A stretch of 10,396 nucleotides of DNA from Octopus sinensis (GCF_006345805.1 NW_021827430.1:1-10396); one strand, 5' to 3'. Positions 1 to 9,458 are shown, counted from the first letter of the stretch. Notes: generated by a model from the sequence alone, not told the origin. Numbers and translations: made by a program.

Positions 1-160
1 GTGTGTTTGCATCCCTGTAACTTTGTGGTTCAGCAACAGTGACTGACAGAATGAGTACAAGGCTTACAATGAATAAGTCCTGGGGTTGATATGCCTGACT
101 GAAGGTGGTGCTCCAACATGGCCACTGTCATGTGACTAAAACAAATAATAGACTAAAAGA
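1..160 (+). mobile_element. 3' part of tRNA-derived SINE family A (truncated by window edge)
   Basis: Contains ...gaataagtcctggggttgat...ggtgctccaacatggccactgtcatgtgactaaaacaa...taaaaga. The reverse complement recurs at 412-600, 2020-2190 and 3652-3850. Confidence 0.8.
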
Positions 161-255
161 ATATATATACACACACACACATATATATACATATGTAGTA
201 TTGACCTCTAGTGTAACGGTCACGGCCATGCAGGGGCACCACAGTATCATCATAT

Positions 256-395
256 TCTCTATCTATCTTTCTATCTATCTTTCTATCTATCTTTCTATCT
301 ATCTTTCTATCTATCTTCTATCTATCTTTCTATCTATCTTTCTTTCTATCTTTCTTTCTATCTTTCTTTCTATCTATTTATCTAACCATCCATCT
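256..395. repeat. (TATC)n/(TTTC)n compound microsatellite with a 12-bp higher-order unit TCTATCTATCTT
   Basis: Read directly from the sequence; it produces the YLSI/FLSI repeats in ORF 105-401. Confidence 0.95.
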
Positions 396-411
396 GTATA
401 GATATATAAAC

Positions 412-691
412 ACTCTTTTATTCTTTTACTTGTTTCAGCAATGGGACTGTGGTCATGCTGGAGCAATGCCTTAAAGGGCTTTAGCCAAACAAATCGACTC
501 CAGGGCTTACTCTTTGAAAGCTTAGTACATATTCTGGCAGTCTTTTTTACCGAATGAAATTACAGGGATGTAAACACACCACCATCGGTTGTCAAGTTAT
601 GATGAGGGTGGGAGGGAGGCTGACACACAGCCAGGCACACCTACATGCACATGAATCTATATATATATATATATATTTATCTATCTATCTC

Positions 692-740
<49 letters not shown>

Positions 741-930
741 GTGTGTGTGTATGTATATATATACATATATTTATGTCTGATGGGCTCACTTCAGTTTCCA
801 TCTGACAAGGTCCACTTACAAGGCCCGAGGTCAAAATAGAAGAGAATTGCCCTAGGTGCCATGCAGTAGGACTGAACACAGAACCCTCTGGTTGGAAAGC
901 AAACTTCTTACCACACAGGAACACCTGTGC
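412..930 (-). mobile_element. Near full-length SINE family A: tRNA-like head ~773-930, internal microsatellite ~655-772, 3' tail 412-~625
   Basis: The head on the minus strand (tgtgtggtaagaagtttgctttccaacc...gttcagtcctactgcatggcacctagggcaa) matches the plus-strand head at 3937. The tail matches the reverse complement of 1-160. Confidence 0.8.
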
Positions 931-955
931 TTATACATTTGTGGAGCACACAAAC

Positions 956-986
<31 letters not shown>

Positions 987-1140
987 CCACACATATAATG
1001 TATTTATTATGGTAGTTTGACTTTAATAGTCCCTCGTAGTGTGAAGCATTTATGTATGGTAATGCCCTGATATATAAACATATATATATGTAAATGTATG
1101 TTGTATAGCTAGAATGATGGGTGTATATATATATATATAT

Positions 1141-1957
1141 ATCCATTCGTATGCTCCCAGTCATCTTCCCAAATACATTCGTAAACTATGACAAGATATA
1201 CTCTGACATGCGGGTTCCATTCCTTCTCTGCCGATTATATTCGTAGCCTCGTTATGTTGATTTGGGGGCATCAGTCTCACAGATTTTACTTTAGAAATCC
1301 ACCCCATACGTATTCAGTTAGTCTCTTGTACTGAAGCACAAACCAAATCTAGACATATATTTTGGGAAGGGACCCTTTGTGAGAAAATATGCAATGCATT
1401 CATATAACTGTTGTTTCTAGCAAACTTTGTATTTAAGTTTGTGTCTGTAACTAGTTTTTTGTTGTTGTATTAATTTCATTTTAATAATTAAATGCAAATT
1501 AATGCCTAATTTAAAAATATAATTAAAAGCATGACATATAAAATGCAACTGAATGCAAGAGCTGCTAGTAATAGCAGCCAAATTTACAGAGAAAACAGCC
1601 CCATATTGTCTCACGTAACTCCATACATAGTTATATAGCTAGAGTTGCTTGAAATAGCAGCCAAATGCCCCTCCAATCCACTCTACTTCTGAAATTAGCT
1701 ACAGTTTAAAATTCTACGCCTGTTTGTCATGCAAAACAAATCCAATACAACAGGTCCATTAAACTGTGTCATTTCATATGCTAGAAACAACAGCAAGTGT
1801 TTAGCAAAAATATATACAAAGACGGACAGAGAAAAAACTGGGAGGAAAGCAAAAACCAAAAAAGATCGAAATATATAATGTATCAATGTTAAATGTACTT
1901 GCTAGAAATAGCAGCCAAAACTCACTGAATCACAGCTGTCTGTCTATATATTTGTCT
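1141..1957. repeat. Copy 1 of ~800 bp block of a diverged tandem triplication
   Basis: Colinear with 2521-3430 and 5339-6165. Shared anchors include ttccattcctt(c)ctctgccga, gaaatagcagc(c/t)aaatg(c/t)ccctccaatc and atgctagaaacaacagcaag. Confidence 0.9.
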
Positions 1958-1995
1958 GTCTGTCTCTCTATTTATATAAATATATATATATATAC

Positions 1996-2490
1996 ATTCT
2001 TTTATTCTTGTACATTTATTTATTCTTTTATTTGTTTCAGTTATTTCACTGTGGCCCTGCTGGAGCACCACCTTACTGGGTTTCTGTCAAACAAATCTTT
2101 GTAACTTTAGTACTTATTCTATCAGTTTCTTTTGTCAATCAAAGTCACAGGGACATAAACAGACCAACATCGGTTGTCATACGATGGTGATGTGTGGTGT
2201 AGGGTAGACACATACATGATGTGTGGTGTAGGGTAGACACATACATATATAAATATGTATGTATATGTATATGTGTATATATATACATATATATATATAC
2301 ACATACATATAGATATACACACATATGTATATGACGGGCTTCTTTCAGTTTCCATCTAGCAGATCAACTCACAAAGCTTTGGTTGGCTTAAGGGTCATTT
2401 AAAAGACACTTGCCTAAGGTGCCACACAGTAGGATTGAACCTGGAAACATGTGGTTGGGAAGCAAACTTCTTATGACAGAGCCTGGCCGA
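1996..2490 (-). mobile_element. Near full-length SINE family A (tail ~1996-2190, internal microsatellite, head ~2331-2490)
   Basis: Same tail and head sequences and same bipartite layout as 412-930. Confidence 0.8.
2188..2245. repeat. Perfect 29-bp tandem duplication (TGATGTGTGGTGTAGGGTAGACACATACA x2)
   Basis: 2188-2216 is identical to 2217-2245. Confidence 0.95.
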
Positions 2491-2520
2491 TACCAGTTTG
2501 CATTACTGGTACCTGTGTCG

Positions 2521-3430
2521 ACTCGTTTCTTCCCGATTGTCTTCCCACACACATTCCTAAACGACACCAAGGTATACTCCAACATGTTGGTTCCATTCCT
2601 TCCTCTGCCGATTTTACTCGTTGTCTTGTTGTTTCTGTCAATTCTGGGGCACCAGTCTCAAGGATTTTATTTCAGAAAATCGACCCCAAACATATTCCCT
2701 CCGTCCCTTCTACTCAAACAACAAACTAAACCTAGGCACAAAGCTTTGGAAAGGAGACTTTATAAAAAAAATGTGATACATTCCTTTAACTGTTGTTTCT
2801 AGCTTCAACTTGTATTTAATTGTGCATTTGTAACTATTTTATAGACTTGCTGCTAGAAATAGCAGTCAAAACTCACTGAATCACAGCTGTCTATCTATCT
2901 ATTTGTCTTATATGTTTTCCAGTTTTGTATTAATTTCTTTGGAATAATTAAATGGAAAATGAAGTCTAATTTAGAAAAGAAAACGAAATTCATGATGTAT
3001 AAGAAGTAAATGAAAGCAAGGGCTGCTAGAAATAGCAGCCAAATCTACGTCGAAACAGCATCATACTGCCTCACGTAACTCCATCCATATTTATATATGA
3101 GCCGATAAAAATTGAAGCCAATGAAAATGATAGCTAGATTTGTTTGAAATAGCAGCCAAATGTCCCTCCAATCTGCTGTAGTTCTGAAATTAACTTCAGT
3201 CTATAAATTCTACACCTATTTGTCACGCAAAACAAGACAAATACAAAGGGTCCATTAAACTGAGACGTTTCCTATGCTAGAAACAACAGCAAGACTTGAG
3301 CAAAAATATATGCGAAGAAGGATACAGAAAATACTGAGAGGGAGGCAGAAAGAAAAGACATTTAAATATAGAATGGTTCAATGCTTAATGGATGCCAGAG
3401 TTACTGCTAGAAATAGCAGCCAAATCTCAC
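2521..3430. repeat. Copy 2 of ~800 bp block, with an extra insertion at ~2841-2908
   Basis: Colinear with copies 1 and 3; the inserted part matches 1900-1957. Confidence 0.9.
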
Positions 3431-3450
3431 ATCTGTCTGTTTATCTATCG

Positions 3451-3635
3451 AAGGGGTTCCCAACCTTTTTTATGCCCTGCACCCTTAAAAACCTTTAATA
3501 TGTTCTCACACCCCTTAAAGTAATAGTTTATATAAGAATAAAGGTGCCCGGAGCAATTGCCGAATTTGACCCCATATAAATCCAGCCCTGCTCGCACCCC
3601 CAAGCGGTGTGTGCACCCCTGGGTGGGAAACCCTG
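3451..3635. mobile_element. Non-autonomous hAT-like MITE
   Basis: Imperfect terminal inverted repeats aaggggttcccaacc (3451-3465) and gggtgggaaaccctg (3621-3635) are 12/15 complementary and resemble CAGGGGTTCCCAA-type hAT ends. The 8-bp target-site duplication is only weakly recognisable. Confidence 0.6.
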
Positions 3636-3651
3636 CATCTAAATATATTAC

Positions 3652-3857
3652 ATTCTTTGTTTCTTTTACTTGTTTCAGTTATTTGACTGCGGCCATGCTG
3701 GAGCACTGCCTTAAAGGGTTTTAGTCAAACAAATCGACCCCAGGATTTATTCTTCGTAAGCCGAGGACTTATTCTATCAGTCTCTTTTGCCAAACTAACT
3801 TAAAGGGTTGTAAACAGACCAACATAGGTTGTCAAGTGATGGTTATGTGGGGTGGGG
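3652..3857 (-). mobile_element. 3' tail of SINE family A (its head is probably 5101-5261)
   Basis: ttcttttacttgtttcagttatttgactgcggccatgctggagcactgcc...aatcgaccccagg matches 412-600. Confidence 0.8.
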
Positions 3858-3936
3858 TTCAGATCTATACACACATGAATATATATATATTATATATATA
3901 CACACACAGATATATACACTCACACATATATATATA

Positions 3937-4090
3937 GGGGCATGGCTGTGTGGTTAGGGAGCTTGCTTCCTAGCTACATGGTTTCGGGTTCAGTCCCACT
4001 GCGTGGCACTTTGGGTAGGTGTCTTCCACTATAGCCCCGAGCCGACCGGAGCTTTGTGATTGAATTTGGTAGGTGGAAGTTACTGCCGTG
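3937..4090 (+). mobile_element. 5' head of SINE family A with Pol III A/B boxes
   Basis: A-box-like TGGCTGTGTGG (3943-3953) and B-box-like GGTTCAGTCCC (3987-3997), followed by ggcactttgggtaggtgtcttc. Confidence 0.8.
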
Positions 4091-4150
4091 TGTGTATATG
4101 TGCGTGTAGCTGCTCAGTGCCTCTCCCAAAGAGAGAGAGAGGGATATCTG

Positions 4151-4362
4151 TTGTACTATAGGCACGAGGCCTGAAAGTTTGGCAGGTGGGGGGGGGGGAG
4201 TTGATAACATCGAATCCAACGTTTCACTGGTACTTCATTTATTGACCCTGAAAGGTTGAAATGCAAAGTTAACCCTGACGAAATTTGAACTCAAAATATA
4301 GTGACAGGTGAAACACCGCTAAGTACTTTGTCCGGTGCACTAACAATTCTGCCAGCTCACCT
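4151..4362 (-). mobile_element. SINE family B, near full length
   Basis: The minus strand begins ggtgagctggcagaattgttag, has B-box-like gagttcaaatt and a central cctttcagggtcaataaatgaagtaccag. A second copy is at 6470-6676. Confidence 0.75.
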
Positions 4363-4431
4363 CTGTGTGTGTGTGTATATGTATATATATATATATATAT
4401 ATATTTATACATATACATATACATATACATA

Positions 4432-4652
4432 TACAATTTATAAACTGCAATTAATTTCAGAAGAACAGTAGATTGGAGGGGCATTTAGCTGCTATTTCAA
4501 ACAACTCTAGCTATCATGTACACTTCATCTTTCATCAGCTAATATATAAATATGTATGGAGTTAGAAGAGATGGTATGATGTTGTTCCAACGTAGATTTG
4601 GCTGCTACATCTAGCAGCTCTGGCATTCGTTTGCATTTTACACACGATTAAT
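4432..4652 (-). repeat. 221-bp inverted copy of 5727-5947
   Basis: Manual alignment of the reverse complement gives 215/221 identity (6 substitutions, no gaps). Both sides are flanked by (TA)-rich tracts. Confidence 0.95.
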
Positions 4653-4682
4653 ACATATATATATATATATATATATACATAC

Positions 4683-4717
<35 letters not shown>

Positions 4718-4719
4718 GT

Positions 4720-5055
4720 GAAGGCGCGTGGCTCAGTGGTTAGAGCATCGAGCTTACGATCGTGAGGTTGTGAGCTCGAATCCCGGACCGGGCTGCGTGT
4801 TGTGTTCTTGAGCAAGGCACTTTATTCCACGTTGCTCCAGTTCACTCAGCTGTAGAAATGAGTTGCGACGTCACAGGTGCCAAGCTGTATCGGCCCTTGC
4901 CTTTCCCTTGGACAACATCGGTGACGTGGAGAGGGGAGGCCGGTATGCATGGGCTACTGCTGGTCTTCCATAAAACAACCTTGCCCAGACTTGTGCCTCA
5001 GAGGGTAACTCTCTAGGTGCAAACCCATGGTCAGTGTCTGACCAAAGGGGTCACA
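4720..5055 (+). mobile_element. SINE family C, tRNA-derived, CpG-rich and apparently young
   Basis: tRNA-like head 4723-4792 with A-box TGGCTCAGTGG (4729-4739) and B-box-like AGCTCGAATCC (4773-4783), then gtgttcttgagcaaggcacttta. Embedded in (TA)n. Confidence 0.8.
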
Positions 5056-5100
5056 CAATATATATATATATATATATATAGTATGTATGTGTATAAATAT

Positions 5101-5261
5101 ATGATGGGCTTCTTTTAGTTTCCGCCAACCAAATTCTACCCACAAGGCTTTGGTTGGCCAGATGCTGTAGTAGAAGACACTTGTCCAAGTTGTCATACAG
5201 TGGGACTGAACCCCCGAGTGTGTGGTTGGGAAACAAGCTTCTTACCACACAGCCACACCTG
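5101..5261 (-). mobile_element. 5' head of SINE family A
   Basis: Reverse complement of ggtgtggctgtgtggtaagaagcttgtttcccaaccac...ggttcagtcccactg; homologous to 773-930 and 2331-2490. Confidence 0.8.
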
Positions 5262-5338
5262 TATGTGAATGCATGTTGTATAGTTAGATGGAGGGAGATA
5301 TATAATATATAAGTACAAATGTATATACATAGATATCA

Positions 5339-6165
5339 ATCCATTCGTTTGTTCCCAGTCGTCTTCCCTCACACTCCTAAACGACGCAAAGATATTCTCC
5401 TAAATGTGGCTTCCATTCCTTCCTCTGCCGAATACATCCATACTCTTGTTGCTTATGCTGATTTAGGGGCACCAGTCTCAGATTTTATTTCAGAAAACCG
5501 ACCCCATCCCCTATACATATACATCACTCAGTCTCTTCTACTGAAGCACAAACTTTACGTAGACACACGTTTTTGGAAAGGAAACTGTGTAAAAAAACAT
5601 GAAATACTTCTATATAGCTGCTGTTTCTAGCATATATAAGTGTGTGTTTGTAACTAGTTTTGGTTGTTGTATTAATTTCACTGTAATACTTAATGCAAAT
5701 TAAAGTTTAATTTAATGAGAAAATTAATTAATCATGTGTAAGATGCAAACGAATGCCAGAGCTGCTAGATATAGCAGCCAAATCTACGTTGAAACAACAT
5801 CATACCGTCTCTTCTAACTCCATACATATTTATATATTAGCTGATGAAAGCTGAAGTGTACATGATAGCTAGAGTTGTTTGAAATAGCAGCTAAATGCCC
5901 CTCCAATCTACTGTTCTTCTGAAATTAATTGCAGTTTATAAATTGTACACCTATTTGTCACACGACACAAATCCAATACAACAGGTCCATGAAACTGCAA
6001 CATTTCATATGCTAGAAACAACAGCAAGAGCTTAGCAAAATTATATGCAAAGACGGACACAGAAAACGAGAGAAGGATGCAGAAAAAACAAGATCTAAAT
6101 ATATAACGTATCAATGCTTAATGTACAGTAGACCTGCTGCAAGAAATAACAGCCAAATCTCACAG
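5339..6165. repeat. Copy 3 of ~800 bp block
   Basis: Colinear with copies 1 and 2. The upstream flank atg(c/t)atgttgtatag(c/t)taga is also shared with copy 1 (~1095 vs ~5269). Confidence 0.9.
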
Positions 6166-6469
6166 CCATCCATCCATCCATTTGTCTGTTACTCTCTTTT
6201 CTTCTCGGAATTTGGGAGCAGAAATTTTCCTTGTAATCTTCACCCACATCGACATTCAGTCCCAGGGCACCCATGGAGACTTCCGCTGTCTACCATACAC
6301 ATATGTGATCATTCTTTGTCTAAAGAAAACAAGGCCTGGAATTCTAGTAGAGGCAACTAATTGACTCCAACGACTCTGCATGTGAACGATTCTGTCACCT
6401 CATCGGCTTATACACACACACACACACATACTATAACAGATCTATCTACCCCCCTCTCTCTCTCTCTAA

Positions 6470-6676
6470 TTCTTTTACTATTAGCACAGCGCCTGCATTA
6501 CTGTGGGCAGCTAATCAATACTTTATCCTTAGTATTTGACTGGTACTTAATTTATTGACCTTGGAACGATGAAATGGATAAATCGACCGAGGCAGAACTT
6601 GAACTCACAACATGAAGCTATACAAAATGCGATTAAGCATTTCCTCCAGCATGGCAACGATTCTACCTGCTTCCCC
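6470..6676 (-). mobile_element. Degenerate SINE family B
   Basis: actggtacttaatttattgacc...ttgaactca...taagcattt...aacgattct aligns with 4151-4362. Confidence 0.7.
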
Positions 6677-6680
6677 ACTG

Positions 6681-6713
<33 letters not shown>

Positions 6714-6734
6714 ATAGCAACAATAATATATATC

Positions 6735-7130
6735 AATATAGTTGTACTAATACATCTCCTTCTAGAAATAGCAGTCAAATCTCCTGAAATCACACATCAT
6801 ACTGTGTAATATCTGAGGGGATTATCTGCAATGAAAGTAGGCTCGTTGGAATTACCAATTAATTACAGCGTACTCTCTTATGTGTGTCTGATGAGGCCAT
6901 GCAGGACCCCTATCTGGTGACTAGACCACTTTCGGTAAATGTCGATTTAACCCGTCCCCTTAAAATTTCTGGCGTGGATGAGGAACTATAATTCTTTTTG
7001 AGGTCTGGGAGTCACTTCTTGTATATCTGTGAATATAGTTGTATCGATATTTTCTCTTGCAGAAATAGCAGTCAAATCCCTTTAAATCACACATTATACT
7101 GTGTAATGCCTGAAGGAAATATTTGCATTG
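6735..7130 (+). repeat. Pair of 99-bp direct repeats (6735-6833 and 7032-7130) centred on AGAAATAGCAGTCAAATC
   Basis: Ungapped manual alignment at offset 297 gives about 78/99 identity. Confidence 0.85.
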
Positions 7131-7199
7131 TGACTCAGTTTGTTAGAAATAGAGAGAGAGAGAGAGAGGATGAGCGAGTGAAAAAGAAGGTGCTATATG

Positions 7200-7331
7200 G
7201 AGGGATCGATGGAATAAATACAAGGCTTAACACAAAGATGTACTGGGTTCAATTCTTCGACTAGAAATTATTCAAGGTGTTGCTCCAGCATGGCCACAGT
7301 CTAATGTCTGAACACATTAAAGATAAAAGAT
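7200..7331 (+). mobile_element. SINE 3' tail fragment related to family A
   Basis: gaataaatacaaggctta...tcaaggtgttgctccagcatggccacagtctaatgtctgaa...agataaaaga resembles 45-160. Confidence 0.65.
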
Positions 7332-7451
7332 ACACACAGACACAGGCATACTTTTATGCTTTGTTTTGCCGGATTCTTCATGTGAAGTTGCGTGTTGAAA
7401 GAGACATTGTTGTATTTCATGATGGTCATGTCCTTTCTTTCATTACATAAT

Positions 7452-7487
7452 AAATAGAGAGAGAGAGAGAGAGACAGATAGATAGAT

Positions 7488-7519
<32 letters not shown>

Positions 7520-7547
7520 GCGTTATAGTGTGTGTGTGTGTGTGTGT
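7452..7547. repeat. (GA)n/(GATA)n/(GT)n compound microsatellite
   Basis: Read directly from the sequence. Confidence 0.95.
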
Positions 7548-8089
7548 AGTTTGTAAAATCTCAGGAAGTAAAGTGAGTCAGCACATCAAAGTGGCTGCTG
7601 AAGGTTACTACTAGTTTAACCCCAGGCAGATTCTCCACCAGCGGGTTATCGCTGCTACACTGCACCCTTTATATACAATATCTTGTTAGCAGTGGTGGGG
7701 AGGGGGATGTCGTACCTCGGTAAGCTTTCAGATTAACACCCGCACGATTTTCGTCAAGAAAGAAATAAACTCGAATTTTTTTTGCATGGAATGAAGTACC
7801 CTGACCCCCAAATATGCTGCAAATCACTTATTATGGTTCAGAAGAAAAGGGTGCCACGACGGGGACGCACTCCCACCCCATTCCCAAATCATTGGAAATT
7901 ATTATTTTTGGTTTTTGTTGGATGAATTCCTGTGACCTATTATGCTACAAAACCCTTTTTGGGTCTGCAAAACGGGGTGGGGTGAGGCAGAAGCATTGGA
8001 AATTGTACCCACTCCCAACATTTTACAGAAATAAATTTTCCAGAGTGTGAATTACATGGTTCGTTATTAAATACATATATATATATACA

Positions 8090-8370
8090 TCTCTTTTATA
8101 AAATCCGTTCTGTCTGTCTGTGTGTCTTCTAGGATCTCAGGCATCCTCCATCCAATTGCGCTCAAACTTGATATGTAGATACCAATGGTATCAGGGCATG
8201 TATAAGTCTTTAAAAATTACAAAAATCGATTCCAGGTGAGAATGTGATCGATAAATCCGTGGGAACGTGCATTTGTACATGCAAGTACATTAGCTGTTGT
8301 GATCGATACTACGCATACGCGAGAAAATTGCACGTGCAGTTTGCGCAAAAAAGCCGGCTGGCTTGAAATA
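8090..8370 (+). mobile_element. Possible non-autonomous Helitron-like (DINE-1/Lep1-like) element, 5' portion
   Basis: Starts A|TC (tctcttttataaaa), followed by a short (CTGT)n tract and ccaattgcgctcaaacttgatatgtagat, which resembles the conserved block of such elements. No 3' hairpin plus CTRR end was found. Confidence 0.4.
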
Positions 8371-8787
8371 ATGCCACAAAATGCAGAATATTTAAGAGAC
8401 CCAAAAGTAAGATGCAAAAGAGATATTTTCTCCAAACTTGGCATGAAGGAAGGAAAAACTAATTTGTTTCTGAAGAAGTCTTTTCTTTTTTTTTTTGCCT
8501 TAATTTCGTTTAACAAAACCAAAAATTTTATTGAAATAAAGGCATGCTTAATTATTTTCTAATGAAAAGAAAACACAGATTGCTTTTTATTCAAGGAAGA
8601 AAATATTATTTTCTTGTTAATAAATGATTTTCCATGTTTGTGTTCTCCCAGTCTACAGACTTATCATTTCTGGTACTTTAAACTCTTCGGTTGCATATTT
8701 GTGTGAATAAAATCGTTTTCCTTTGGAATATAAAAAAAAGTCTATCTTTATTTCTTCTTTTGCTGGTGTCTCAAATTTAGGTTAAAT

Positions 8788-8906
8788 CAGTGCTTCTCAA
8801 AGGGGTGGCCTATGGGACTGTCGGACAAGTTGTTTTGAGGAAATTTGGTTTAAATGTTTGACAACTCAGCACCGTCCATTGGACGGGGAGGGGGGCGTTT
8901 TTCTCG
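8788..8906 (+). mobile_element. One end of a hAT/Charlie-like DNA transposon fragment
   Basis: Begins CAGTGCTTCTCAAA, a typical hAT-Charlie terminal inverted repeat. No partner end is visible. Contains the internal palindrome ccgtcca-t-tggacgg (8872-8886). Confidence 0.45.
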
Positions 8907-8994
8907 TATATACATGTGTGTGTGTGTGTATACATATATATATGTGTGTGTGTGTGTATACATATATATGTGTGTGTGTGTGTATATATATATA

Positions 8995-9417
8995 TCATCA
9001 TCATCTAGCGTCCGTTTTCCATGCTAGCATGGGTTGGACGGTTTAACTGGGGTCTGTGAAGCCGGAAGGCTTCATCAGGCCCAGTCAGATTTGGCAGTGT
9101 TTCTACGGCTGGATGCCCTTCCTAACGCGAACCACTCCGTGAGTGTAGTGGGTGCTTTTTATGTGCCACCTGCACAGGTGCCAGACAGAGCTGGCAAACG
9201 GCCACGAGCAGATGGTGTCTTTTCATGCCACTGGCACGGGGGCCAGGCGAGGCTGGCAACGGACACGAGCGGATGGTGCTTTTACGTGCCAGGTGAGGCT
9301 GGCAACGGACACGAGCGGATGGTGCTTTTACGTGCTACCGGCACGGGGGCCAGGCGAGGCTGGCAACGGACACGAGGGGGGCCAGGCGAGGCTGGCAACG
9401 GACATGAGTGGATGGTG

Positions 9418-9422
<5 letters not shown>
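8995..9422 (-). mobile_element. 3' portion of a retroposon (SINE/LINE tail, family D) ending in (ATG)n, with internal GC-rich minisatellite
   Basis: The minus strand reads ...ttaggaagggcatccagccgtagaaac...ccatgctagcatggaaaacggacgctagatgatgatg. A second copy starts at ~10314. Confidence 0.7.
9152..9422. repeat. ~61-bp GC-rich minisatellite, about 5 full or partial units
   Basis: Consensus GGTGCTTTTACGTGCCACCGGCACGGGGGCCAGGCGAGGCTGGCAACGGACACGAGCGGAT; units start near 9152, 9214, 9275, 9321 and 9377. Confidence 0.9.

Positions 9423-9458
<36 letters not shown>

Noticed and set aside
1564-1920. GCTAGAAATAGCAGCCAAAT repeats with unique spacers as a CRISPR array
   Set aside because: The context is eukaryotic, spacing is irregular (about 80-130 bp), repeats are degenerate and in mixed orientation, and there are no cas genes.
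4723-4792. Functional tRNA gene
   Set aside because: A and B boxes are present, but the acceptor and anticodon stems do not pair properly and the sequence runs into a SINE body.
2410-5630. Paralogous-looking ORFs 2410-2802 and 5319-5630 (both ending CCF), and similarly 1695-1886 / 5908-6114, as a small gene family
   Set aside because: The similarity follows from the DNA triplication. Frames shift between copies, 2410-2802 starts inside a SINE head, and part of the block (~2630-2690) resembles an old SINE tail.
5837-5872. Hammerhead at CTGATGAAAGCTGAAG
   Set aside because: There is no stem II, GAAG replaces GAAA, and the motif is not conserved in blocks 1 and 2.
6825-6910. Type II hammerhead (GAAA at ~6833, CTGATGA at ~6888)
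   Set aside because: A 7/8 stem III can be drawn, but stem I and the core-proximal stem II do not form.
7715-7765. Minimal Penelope-type hammerhead on the minus strand (UUGACGA...GAAAGCUUA)
   Set aside because: The core has a C-to-U change, stem II has a mismatch and stem I cannot pair; at most a decayed relic.
7345-8050. Higher-complexity stretches that might be exons or transposon fragments
   Set aside because: I found no convincing ORF, splice pair, terminal repeats or second copy in the window, so they are left unannotated.
9055-9080. Hammerhead on the minus strand (CUGAUGA-AGCC-UUCC-GGCU)
   Set aside because: The hairpin is followed by UCAC instead of GAAA, so the catalytic core is incomplete.
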